Below are positions 47,268-55,419 of a DNA stretch of 64,000 nucleotides, piece by piece. Positions within the stretch are counted from its first letter, which is position 1, and each line of letters opens with the position of its first letter. The DNA is from Nitrospirota bacterium (GTDB taxonomy: Bacteria; Nitrospirota; Thermodesulfovibrionia; SZUA-242): NCBI GenBank assembly GCA_016212095.1, contig JACRHH010000024.1:7482-71481 (forward strand), written 5' to 3'. The position numbers and the translations under genes are program-made. Under the pieces are notes generated by a model that did not search any database, was not told the origin of the DNA, and was given only the letters and a program-made list of their open reading frames with translations.

Positions 47268-47605
47268 AGGAAGCCGATATCATTCTCATGCCTTTGCCTC
47301 AGGCTGACGGGATAGTTAAAAACCGTCCGGCGCTTCTGCTTCGCGAGCTTCCGCCGTTTGGCGACTTCCTTGCCTGCGGCATCAGTACCCGGTTGCATCA
47401 AGCCGTTCCCGGATTTGACGAGATAATATCCGAAAACGATGCGGATTTTGCGGACTCCGGCCTTCTTACAGACTCTGTTGTGCGCCTTGGATTCCTGGCT
47501 GTTCTGCCACGAGAACGAATCCGTGGCACCATAGGCCAAATAGCTCCCGCGCGCCACTCCCGTCTGCTGGTGAAGCTCAGCAAGTATTTGGTGGCCAAGC
47601 TCTGA
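47264..47605 (+). CDS. mazF: MazF/PemK-family endoribonuclease toxin
   Basis: DIILMPLPQADG..KNRPALLL...GDFLACGISTR matches PemK/MazF. Confidence 0.8.
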   Translation: MKEADIILMPLPQADGIVKNRPALLLRELPPFGDFLACGISTRLHQAVPGFDEIISENDADFADSGLLTDSVVRLGFLAVLPRERIRGTIGQIAPARHSRLLVKLSKYLVAKL

Positions 47606-47648
47606 GCCTTCCGTTGACCTTCCCGCCGCCCGCATTGTAGGCTTTGCG

Positions 47649-48863
47649 ATGAAATTTGATAAATCAATGCGCGTAAAAACAGGCATCGACCGGATTAATC
47701 AGCGCTTTCCCGCGCAGCTTCGCGCCTGCCGCGTTGGCTTGCCGCGCGCCTGCCGCGTTGGTCTAATCGCCCATCAGGCGTCTGTCGATTGCCGTCTGCG
47801 CCATGCCGCAGACATCTGCCTCGCCTCGAAGAATTTCCGCCTGGCCACCCTGTTCGGCCCGCAGCACGGGTTCACCGGACACACTCAGGACAACATGATC
47901 GAGTGGCATGGATTCCGCGATCCGCGCACCGGGCTTCCGGTTTACAGCCTCTACGGCGAAACGCGCAAGCCGTCGCCCGACATGCTGGACGGCATCGACG
48001 CTCTTGTCATCGACATGCAAGACGTTGGCGCGAAATATTACACATTTATATGGACGATGGCGCTCTGCATGGAGGCCGCCGCCGAGGCGGGCAAGGCGGT
48101 GGTTGTGCTCGACCGCCCGAATCCGCTTGGCGGCGCGATGGAAGGCCCGGCAACCAGGCCTGAATGGGCGTCGTTCGTGGGCCTGAAACCGCTTCCGGTT
48201 CGCCACGGCATGACGATTGGCGAGATAGCGCTTTATCTCAAGGGCGAGTTCTATCCTTCTGTCGATCTCACGGTCATTCCCATGCGTGGCTGGCGGCGCG
48301 GGATGTATTTCGATGAAACCGGCCTGCCGTGGGTGATGCCGTCGCCCAACATGCCCACGCTCGACACAGCGATTGTCTATCCGGGCATGTGCCTGCTCGA
48401 AGGAACCAACATCAGCGAGGGGCGCGGCACCACGAGGCCGTTCGAGCTGTTCGGCGCGCCGTTTATTGATTCCGCCCGGCTTATCGCCCGGCTGAACGAT
48501 TTCCGGCTTCCGGGTGTTTTCTTCCGCCCAGCCTCGTTTCTGCCCACGTTTCAGAAACATGCCGGAGAACTCTGCGGCGGGGCGCAGATTCATGTAACCT
48601 CGCGTCGGGCGTTCAAACCGTTCAAAACCGCAGTGGCGATCCTGAAAGCAGTTCGCGAGCTCTGGCCGGATGAACTTAAATGGAAAGAGCCGCCGTACGA
48701 GTACGAGTCTGAAAAGCTGCCGATAGACATACTGGCCGGAAGCGACCGGCTGAGAATGGGGATAGATTCGGGCGAGGGGCTTGACGCGATGGAGAGATGG
48801 TGGGCCGCGGAATGCCGCAGCTTCGCGCGGCGATATGCGGAGAGGTATCGATTATATGAATAG
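47649..48863 (+). CDS. namZ: DUF1343 / NamZ-like exo-beta-N-acetylmuramidase
   Basis: DUF1343 body (RVGLIAHQASVD..., GIDALVIDMQDVGAKYYTF...). Contains an in-frame 21-bp tandem duplication near the N-terminus. Confidence 0.7.
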   Translation: MKFDKSMRVKTGIDRINQRFPAQLRACRVGLPRACRVGLIAHQASVDCRLRHAADICLASKNFRLATLFGPQHGFTGHTQDNMIEWHGFRDPRTGLPVYSLYGETRKPSPDMLDGIDALVIDMQDVGAKYYTFIWTMALCMEAAAEAGKAVVVLDRPNPLGGAMEGPATRPEWASFVGLKPLPVRHGMTIGEIALYLKGEFYPSVDLTVIPMRGWRRGMYFDETGLPWVMPSPNMPTLDTAIVYPGMCLLEGTNISEGRGTTRPFELFGAPFIDSARLIARLNDFRLPGVFFRPASFLPTFQKHAGELCGGAQIHVTSRRAFKPFKTAVAILKAVRELWPDELKWKEPPYEYESEKLPIDILAGSDRLRMGIDSGEGLDAMERWWAAECRSFARRYAERYRLYE

Positions 48864-50814
48864 ATCGGGCGGTTTTACCGCCTTCATTCCGGCAGCCGGT
48901 TTCGGCACGCGGTTGCGGCCCATAACCAATCACATGCCCAAGGCTCTTTTGCCTGTAATCGGCCAGCCGCTTGTCGGGCTTGTTGCGGCGCGTGTGGTTG
49001 AGGCGGGTGCATCTGCCATTGGCATAAATGCGCGTCACCTGCCGGATATGATTGCGGCATGGGCGGCGGAGTTGGAGTATGCAAAACTCATAACGCTGTT
49101 TCGTGAGCATGAGGTTCTTGGCACAGGCGGAGCCATATGGAACGCGCGCGATTTCCTGCGCGGCGACTACTTTCTGCTTCACAACTGCGACATCCTCTCT
49201 GACATCGATCTGCGGCGGCTGATCGCGCATCACGAGGCGTCCGGCAACCTGATAACGCTTGCGGTGCATGACAGGCCGGGGCTGAATAATCTGCGATTGA
49301 ACCCGGACGGCTTGCTGGTGGGTGTGGAGAGAAGCAACTCCCCCCTTGCCCCCCTCAATGAGGGGGGTGGCGAAGCCGGGGAGTTTGCCACTACAACTCC
49401 CCCCTTTACAACTCCCCCCTTGCCCCCCTCATTGAGGGGGGTGGCGAAGCCGGGGGGAGTTTCTTCTTCCGCCTACACCGGCATCGCCGTCTATTCCCGC
49501 CGGTTCATCGATTACCTGCCCGTCGGCCCGTCCGATGTGGTGGCCGGATGGCTTCGAGCGGCTGCCATCGGTGAGAGAATCGGCGCGCTCGATTTCACCG
49601 GATGCTTCTGGGAAGACCTCGGCACGCCAGCCGCCTACGCCTCCGTTGTCTGGCGGATGCTCCGCGCCGAAGGCGAACGCGCGTTTTTCAATCCCGCAGC
49701 CAGGGGCTGCAACATGGCGGCGCTCATGGGCATGGCGTCGGTTGAGGCGGGCGCGCGAATAACCGGCCCGGTTACGTTCGATCATGCAATCGTGCTTCCT
49801 GGCGCGAATATCGGCGGCGGCGAGGCAGTGATGGAGGTAATTGCCAACTCAATCGCCGGGCCGGATTATCGAATAGCCATACCGCCGCCCGATGACGCCG
49901 GCAATGTTAGCGGCGGCGGTTCAGACCGGGTTTACCGGCGCGTCCGGCGTGATGGCGGCACGGTTATTTCGATGTCAACTAGCTCAACCGATCCGGATTA
50001 CGAGCGCCAGATTGCGTATTCAAGATATTTCGCCGCGCGAGGTATTCCGGTTCCGAGGCTGATCGACGCCGACGCCGATGCGCGAACAGCCGTTTTCGCC
50101 GATCTTGGCGACCGCTCGCTCTACACATTCGGCAAATGCGCCGAAGCGCGCGGGCTTGTCGAGCCGGTTTATCTGGCGCTGATGAAAACAATGGCGCAAC
50201 TCCACGCGCCGTTCGATGCAGAAGCCGCTCCGGCGTTCCGGATGTTCGACTACGAGCATCTTCGATGGGAAACCTATTATTTTTTAAACGAATTTGTGCG
50301 CGGGCTTTGTGGCATGGAACCTGCTGATCCGAAGCGTCTGGACGCCGAATTCCATGCGCTTGCCGTGAAGGTGGACGGCTTCGGCAAGCGGATTGTGCAT
50401 AGAGACTGCCAATCGCAGAACATCATGCTTGCGCCCGATGGCTCCCCGTATCTCATTGACTATCAGGGCGCGAGGCTCGGCCCGCCCGCCTACGACATGG
50501 CGTCGCTTCTGTGGGATCCGTATGTGCCGATGCCGGATGATATGCGCGAAAGGCTGGTTTCGGCGTATGAAGCCGCGCGGAAAGAGAACGAGGGCGCGGC
50601 GTTCGACATGGCCGAGTTTCGTGCGTCGCTTCTGCCATGCCGCCTCCAGCGCCACATGCAGGCGCTTGGGGCCTACGCGTTTCTGTCCGGAAAGAAGGGG
50701 AAGACGTATTTCAGGAAGCACATCCCGGCGGCGGTTGAGATGCTTCGCGCCGAGGCGGCTCTGGTTGCGGATGAGATGCCGGAGTTGGCGGGGGTTGTGA
50801 GGGGGCTGAAGTAA
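48856..50814 (+). CDS. fused N-acetylmuramate-1-phosphate uridylyltransferase (MurU-like NTP-transferase) + N-acetylmuramate/N-acetylglucosamine kinase (AmgK-like APH-fold), with two MITE-like repeat copies inserted in-frame in the MurU domain
   Basis: AAGFGTRLRPIT NTP-transferase motif. Domain resumes after the insertion (YTGIAVYSRRF...WEDLGTPAAY). Kinase motifs HRDCQSQNIML, IDYQGARLGP. Start ATG 48856 overlaps the namZ stop. Confidence 0.75.
   Translation: MNRSGGFTAFIPAAGFGTRLRPITNHMPKALLPVIGQPLVGLVAARVVEAGASAIGINARHLPDMIAAWAAELEYAKLITLFREHEVLGTGGAIWNARDFLRGDYFLLHNCDILSDIDLRRLIAHHEASGNLITLAVHDRPGLNNLRLNPDGLLVGVERSNSPLAPLNEGGGEAGEFATTTPPFTTPPLPPSLRGVAKPGGVSSSAYTGIAVYSRRFIDYLPVGPSDVVAGWLRAAAIGERIGALDFTGCFWEDLGTPAAYASVVWRMLRAEGERAFFNPAARGCNMAALMGMASVEAGARITGPVTFDHAIVLPGANIGGGEAVMEVIANSIAGPDYRIAIPPPDDAGNVSGGGSDRVYRRVRRDGGTVISMSTSSTDPDYERQIAYSRYFAARGIPVPRLIDADADARTAVFADLGDRSLYTFGKCAEARGLVEPVYLALMKTMAQLHAPFDAEAAPAFRMFDYEHLRWETYYFLNEFVRGLCGMEPADPKRLDAEFHALAVKVDGFGKRIVHRDCQSQNIMLAPDGSPYLIDYQGARLGPPAYDMASLLWDPYVPMPDDMRERLVSAYEAARKENEGAAFDMAEFRASLLPCRLQRHMQALGAYAFLSGKKGKTYFRKHIPAAVEMLRAEAALVADEMPELAGVVRGLK
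49337..49462. repeat. two tandem copies of the nested-palindrome GC-rich element (ACTCCCCCCTTGCCCCCCTCA(A/T)TGAGGGGGGTGGCGAAGCCGGGG(GG)AG) inside the murU-amgK coding sequence: 126 nt, 42 codons, in-frame
   Basis: Read directly. Same family as 22427-22540. Translates as SPLAPLNEGGGEAGEFATTTPPFTTPPLPPSLRGVAKPGGVSSS. Confidence 0.85.
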
Positions 50815-50843
50815 CGCGGCGGGGGGCTACATATATGCCGGTA

Positions 50844-51053
50844 TCAGGCTGTAGTCAGCTCGGCTTCAAGCGGGTTTCCCTTCCGAAAGCGGCTTACGTT
50901 GAATATGCTGAAGCCGATGATATGTCCCTCGGTGTCTATCCGCTCCATGACATCATCGTGAGATGTTTCCTTCTCATATCCGGCTGCATCCGAGAAGCGC
51001 ACCTCAAGAAAATCCGCTTCAGCATCGAACCATACTTTCAGCTTGTCGGCCAT
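50844..51053 (-). CDS. DUF2283-family small protein (putative antitoxin partner)
   Basis: MADKLKVWFDAEADFLEVRF...GHIIGFSI pattern. Overlaps the upstream DUF4258 gene by 16 nt. Confidence 0.65.
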   Translation of the reverse strand: MADKLKVWFDAEADFLEVRFSDAAGYEKETSHDDVMERIDTEGHIIGFSIFNVSRFRKGNPLEAELTTA

Positions 51054-51349
51054 AGTGTTTCTCCTGTTTTCGGTCTGTCGGTCAGATATGATGTGACCGC
51101 AAACGCGTCGCTCTCACTGTATTTCACCACAACACATAGCCATTTGTCCCCAACCAATGTCCGGGTGTAATACTCGTAAAAAAGCCTCGTCGTTTCGTCG
51201 GAGCGCGAACGGCGCACGAATTGAGGAAGTTTCAGCACATGTCCGATCTCCGATGCCAGGTCAATCATTTCCGGATGTTCCAGAATGTGGGCAAGTCTTT
51301 CGTCCGTAAGCCTCACCATGTTGCCGAAGCAGTCTTCGAAAATCTTCAT
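51038..51349 (-). CDS. DUF4258-family protein (putative toxin partner)
   Basis: 103 aa. Paired with DUF2283 in the canonical two-gene arrangement. Confidence 0.6.
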   Translation of the reverse strand: MKIFEDCFGNMVRLTDERLAHILEHPEMIDLASEIGHVLKLPQFVRRSRSDETTRLFYEYYTRTLVGDKWLCVVVKYSESDAFAVTSYLTDRPKTGETLWPTS

Positions 51350-51370
51350 CGTAGAGTAACGGCCTCCATG

Positions 51371-52300
51371 TTATCCCATCCCCCGCAGCCGTTCAACCAA
51401 TTCCGCCATGTCGGCGGGCGGGGCAACCGAGCGGAAGATTTCCTCGCCGGTTGCCGGATGGATTATGCCAAGCGTTTCGGCATGTAGCATCTGGCGCGGG
51501 ATTTCAAGCCCGCCGACGCGTGTCTTTTTCCCGTAAACCGCGTCGCCAAGCACCGGATGGCCGGTTGCCGCGAAATGCACGCGAATCTGGTGCGTTCTGC
51601 CGGTTTTAAGCCGCGCCTCCACCAGCGACGCGCCCCTGAACAGTTCGATTACGCGCCAGTGCGTGACAGCCTGCTTTTTCTCGTGGCGCGTTCTGGTGGT
51701 CATGCGCTTGCGGTCGCTGTCCGATCTGCCTATCGCCGCGTCGATGACGCCCGATTCCACGCTCATCCGGCCATGCACAAGCGCCAGATAGCGCCGCGTG
51801 ATCGTCCGGTCATCGAACTGCTTCCGCAGATGATGATACGCCTCGTCGGTCTTGGCCACCACCATCACGCCCGATGTGTCTTTGTCTAGCCGGTGAACCA
51901 CGCCGGGGCGAAGCGGGCCGCCAACCGACGCCAGATGATCGCAGTGGTGGCGAAGCGCGTTCATGAGCGTGCCGCGCGGATGCCCGGCAGCCGGATAGAC
52001 CACCAGCCCGGCGGGCTTGTTCACCATTATCAGATGATCGTCCTCGAACAGGATTTCAAGCCGAATCGGCTCAGGCACAAGTTCATCGCCGGAATTATTT
52101 GTCGGCGGAATGTCGATGGAAACAACATCGCCAAGCCGCAGGGTTCTGTTTGTTTTGAGCGCCGGATGGCCGTTTACCGAAACGCGCCCGGCTTCGATCA
52201 GCTTCTGAATGCCTGAGCGGCTTGTTTCTGCCATTTTGGCGCATAATGAGTCCAGCCGTCCGCCGGTGTCATCGGCGGAAACCGTGAATTGCAGATTCAT
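51371..52300 (-). CDS. rluD: RluA-family 23S rRNA pseudouridine synthase (RluD-like)
   Basis: S4-like N-terminus. HRLDKDTSGVMVVAKT catalytic motif. Confidence 0.85.
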   Translation of the reverse strand: MNLQFTVSADDTGGRLDSLCAKMAETSRSGIQKLIEAGRVSVNGHPALKTNRTLRLGDVVSIDIPPTNNSGDELVPEPIRLEILFEDDHLIMVNKPAGLVVYPAAGHPRGTLMNALRHHCDHLASVGGPLRPGVVHRLDKDTSGVMVVAKTDEAYHHLRKQFDDRTITRRYLALVHGRMSVESGVIDAAIGRSDSDRKRMTTRTRHEKKQAVTHWRVIELFRGASLVEARLKTGRTHQIRVHFAATGHPVLGDAVYGKKTRVGGLEIPRQMLHAETLGIIHPATGEEIFRSVAPPADMAELVERLRGMG

Positions 52301-52356
52301 GTGGCTGTAACAAAAAAGCCGGAGCCTCGCGGCTCCGGCTTGAACGGGCGCTTCAA

Positions 52357-53181
52357 TTACTTTGTTTCCATGACCGCGCGCTTGTTTACAGGCTGAACCG
52401 GACGGGCGTTAATGCCCATCGCCTTGGAGAGCTTCGTTATCTGATCCTTCGAAGCCTCGATCGGCGTCTTCATCACGCTCCAGTTCACGCCCTCGCTGCA
52501 CGGCGGAGTGGTGAGCGAGCCGCTGTAATGGAAGTAGGCCGGGCTTGCGGGCATCATCTCGGTGGCGTTGATGTTCACGCTTGCGACTGTCTTCTCCTTG
52601 TTCTTTTCCTTCGGCATGTTCTTTATGATCGAGGCCAGCATTTTGTTCTCCTTGCCTTCCTTGAACATCACGCCGACCACCGCAAGCTCGCCCTTGTCGT
52701 TCTTGTGTACGAGGTGAACCTCTATCAGGGCGGGTTTGCCGTCGATCAGGTGCTCGCTTGGGCCGTGAAAATGGAACTGAACGAGTTCGAAGGTCTTGCC
52801 GTCAACCGTGAACGTGCTTCCGGGCGCGTAGTTGACCTGAATGGTGTGGCCGTTGTTCAACAGTTTGAGGGGTGCTGCCTTGTAGTCGGTTTTCAGGTTT
52901 TCAAGCGCTGCCGCGGTTGTATTCTTCAGATCGATCGGCGACTGCGACATGCCGGTTTTACATGCTGCAAACTTCTCCTCCAGATCGCCCCAGTGCGCCG
53001 GGCCTGTCGGGCCTTCATAGCTCCAGTGCGGGGCATGTGCGGCGTGCGAGTCATGCTTTTTGGCGTCATGTTTTGCCGGCGCCGGATGTTTTGCGTCGCC
53101 ATGATCTGCCGCGAATCCGCCCGACACTAGAACAAGCGACAGCGCAAACGCCGCCGGAACGGCCCAAAATGCTTTCTTCAT
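52357..53181 (-). CDS. alpha-class carbonic anhydrase, secreted
   Basis: Signal peptide MKKAFWAVPAAFALSLVLVSGGFA. HWSYEG...QSPIDL...FELVQFHFHGPSEH zinc-ligand histidines. RBS AGGAGGAG. Confidence 0.85.
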   Translation of the reverse strand: MKKAFWAVPAAFALSLVLVSGGFAADHGDAKHPAPAKHDAKKHDSHAAHAPHWSYEGPTGPAHWGDLEEKFAACKTGMSQSPIDLKNTTAAALENLKTDYKAAPLKLLNNGHTIQVNYAPGSTFTVDGKTFELVQFHFHGPSEHLIDGKPALIEVHLVHKNDKGELAVVGVMFKEGKENKMLASIIKNMPKEKNKEKTVASVNINATEMMPASPAYFHYSGSLTTPPCSEGVNWSVMKTPIEASKDQITKLSKAMGINARPVQPVNKRAVMETK

Positions 53182-53258
53182 AAACATCTCCTCCTGAATT
53201 TTCGGTTTCCCGCGATTAATAAAAAGCCGCGAAAGGCTGATGCCCCCGCGAAACATCA

Positions 53259-53822
53259 TCAGATCATGCCGCCGGATTGAAGCTTCCGCCACGTTTCGCG
53301 TATCGTCTCAACGGAAATGCGGTATTCGCCGCCCTCCTGGCCGCCATGCAGAATAACCGGCGAGCAGCTTCCCAGACCCTCTTTCAGCTCCTTAAGGGGA
53401 TAGTGAACCCCGCAATATACGCATTCGAGAGCCGTGCCGTCAATCCGGTAACCTTTTCTGTACGGATAGCATTTCCGGCAGGCGTCAAGGTACGATTCGA
53501 TCTTGCCGTCTATTCTTACGATGAAGAAATTGATTTTCTCGCCGCCAATATCTATGGAGTAAAAAACCGGCTTGCCCTCGGCAATCTCCGATGTCTTTAC
53601 CGTCACGACGCCGTCGCGCACGGGAGGCGCGGAATACGTGGAACGCGAACTGCACGAAGCAAGCGTCAATAGCGCCAACGCCAACGCAAATGCCAACGCA
53701 AGCGCAAGCGCAGACGCAGACGCAGGCATGGCGATGCGTAACGGTGCATCTTTGGCATATCGGCTATGAGCGGTCATCGGAACTGAAAAAGAATACAGCA
53801 AAATCGCGGGAGATTCCAGCAT
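53259..53822 (-). CDS. lipoprotein with Cys-rich (CxxC...CxxC) C-terminal domain (DUF2318-like)
   Basis: Ala/Leu-rich signal sequence with lipobox LASC. CRKCYPYRKGY...CVYCGV. Start uncertain (53822 or 53777). Confidence 0.55.
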   Translation of the reverse strand: MLESPAILLYSFSVPMTAHSRYAKDAPLRIAMPASASALALALAFALALALLTLASCSSRSTYSAPPVRDGVVTVKTSEIAEGKPVFYSIDIGGEKINFFIVRIDGKIESYLDACRKCYPYRKGYRIDGTALECVYCGVHYPLKELKEGLGSCSPVILHGGQEGGEYRISVETIRETWRKLQSGGMI

Positions 53823-53871
53823 GTAACGTTTATTGCAAGCCGGATGAATTCTTGCCGTCCGTCCGCCGCGC

Positions 53872-54558
53872 GTGATAACTTACCCACGATATGGGGAGCG
53901 CGCGTTGACCGGCATACTGGGAGGAACCTTCAATCCCGTCCACTTCGGCCATCTACGGGCAGCGGAGGAGGTGAGAACTGCGCTGGGGCTCGATTCCGTC
54001 ATCTTCATTCCTGCCTCGCGCCCGCCGCACAAGACGGAAGAAATAGCCGACGCATCGCATCGCATGAACATGGTTCGCGCCGCCATAAGCGGGCATCCGG
54101 CGTTTTCGGCGTCCGACATCGAAATCAAACGGCCTGACATATCCTATTCCGTCAATACGCTGGAAGAGCTTCGCCGCCTGCGTCCCGGCCACGAATTCTG
54201 TTTCATCCTTGGAATGGACGCGTTTCTTGATCTTGCGTCGTGGAAAAGCCCTGAGCGGGTCGTTTCGCTTGCCGACATCGCGGTTATAACCCGTCCGCCG
54301 TATCGTTTCGCCGAGCTGGCCGCTTCGCCGTTTCTTCAGGGTTTTCAATCGGACACGCTGGCGGCGATGGATTCCGGCGGCGCAAGGGCTGAAAGCGTGA
54401 AAATGCTGTCCGGAAGATCGGCGCATATTGTTCCCGTCACCGCAATGGACATCTCATCGACGGCGATACGACGGATTGTAAAAAGCGGGGGAAGCATTCG
54501 TTACCTCTTGCCAGAGGCGGTTGAGTCCTATATACTTTTCAACAAGTTGTACCAGTAA
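53872..54558 (+). CDS. nadD: nicotinate-nucleotide adenylyltransferase
   Basis: GILGGTFNPVHFGHL (H/T-x-G-H) motif. True start may be the internal TTG near 53906. Confidence 0.85.
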   Translation: MITYPRYGERALTGILGGTFNPVHFGHLRAAEEVRTALGLDSVIFIPASRPPHKTEEIADASHRMNMVRAAISGHPAFSASDIEIKRPDISYSVNTLEELRRLRPGHEFCFILGMDAFLDLASWKSPERVVSLADIAVITRPPYRFAELAASPFLQGFQSDTLAAMDSGGARAESVKMLSGRSAHIVPVTAMDISSTAIRRIVKSGGSIRYLLPEAVESYILFNKLYQ

Positions 54559-54603
54559 AACCGGAGGTTTGCACCAGTCCTGGATACCCTCAGAAAAACG
54601 CTT

Positions 54604-54960
54604 GTGGCAGCGCAGGCAGCCGCCGATAAAAAGGCCAGCGATATAGCGATACTTGAAATGGGCGGCGTTTCCGATTTCACCGACTACTTCATCATTTGCG
54701 ACGGCGACAACTATACGCAGGTTCAGGCGATAACGGACAGCATCGACGAAACCATGCGCAGGCGCGGCGTCAGGCCGCTTCATGTGGAGGGATACGAGCC
54801 GGGCGCAAGCTGGATTCTTATGGACTACGATGATTTCATCGTGCATGTCTTCACGCGCGAAGTCCGTGAGCATTATGGCATTGAAAAGCTCTGGATGGAC
54901 GCGCCACGGATAAAATTTGAGGAAGATACGTCTCGTCTGGGTAGGAAAAACGAAGGATAG
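54604..54960 (+). CDS. rsfS: ribosome silencing factor RsfS (Iojap)
   Basis: ILEMGGVSDFTDYFIICDGDNYTQVQAI pattern. Confidence 0.85.
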   Translation: MAAQAAADKKASDIAILEMGGVSDFTDYFIICDGDNYTQVQAITDSIDETMRRRGVRPLHVEGYEPGASWILMDYDDFIVHVFTREVREHYGIEKLWMDAPRIKFEEDTSRLGRKNEG

Positions 54961-55369
54961 CTTCATCGGCGAGGCTATCGAAAAATACCTCAAGCTGATT
55001 TCGCCGTACATGAAGGTTGAGGTTGTTGAACTTCGCGAGGCAGCCGACGCCGATCCGGCTGCGGCTCGCAAGCGGGAGGCCGCGAGGATACTGGAGAAGA
55101 CCTCGTCGTTTGTGCTGCTTGACGAGGGCGGTGATGAAATGACATCGCCGGAATTCTCCGGATTCATCAGAACACTGGCGGAGTCGTCGGCATCCATGGA
55201 TCTGGTGATCGGCGGCGCGTTCGGGACTTCGGACGAGGTGAAGGGCGCGGCGGCGCGGAAGATCGCGCTTTCGCGCATGACGTTCACGCACCAGATGACA
55301 CGGATCATCCTGCTTGAACAACTGTACAGGGCGTTTACAATAATCAGGGGGAAGACGTACCATTACTGA
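54917..55369 (+). CDS. rlmH: 23S rRNA (pseudouridine1915-N3)-methyltransferase RlmH
   Basis: SPOUT fold. N-terminus MRKIRLVWVGK... Overlaps rsfS by 44 nt. Confidence 0.8.
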   Translation: MRKIRLVWVGKTKDSFIGEAIEKYLKLISPYMKVEVVELREAADADPAAARKREAARILEKTSSFVLLDEGGDEMTSPEFSGFIRTLAESSASMDLVIGGAFGTSDEVKGAAARKIALSRMTFTHQMTRIILLEQLYRAFTIIRGKTYHY

Positions 55370-55419
55370 ATGTTGAGTCTCATGGCATATACTAAAAATT
55401 TCTTTCGCATGGTGCGCAA

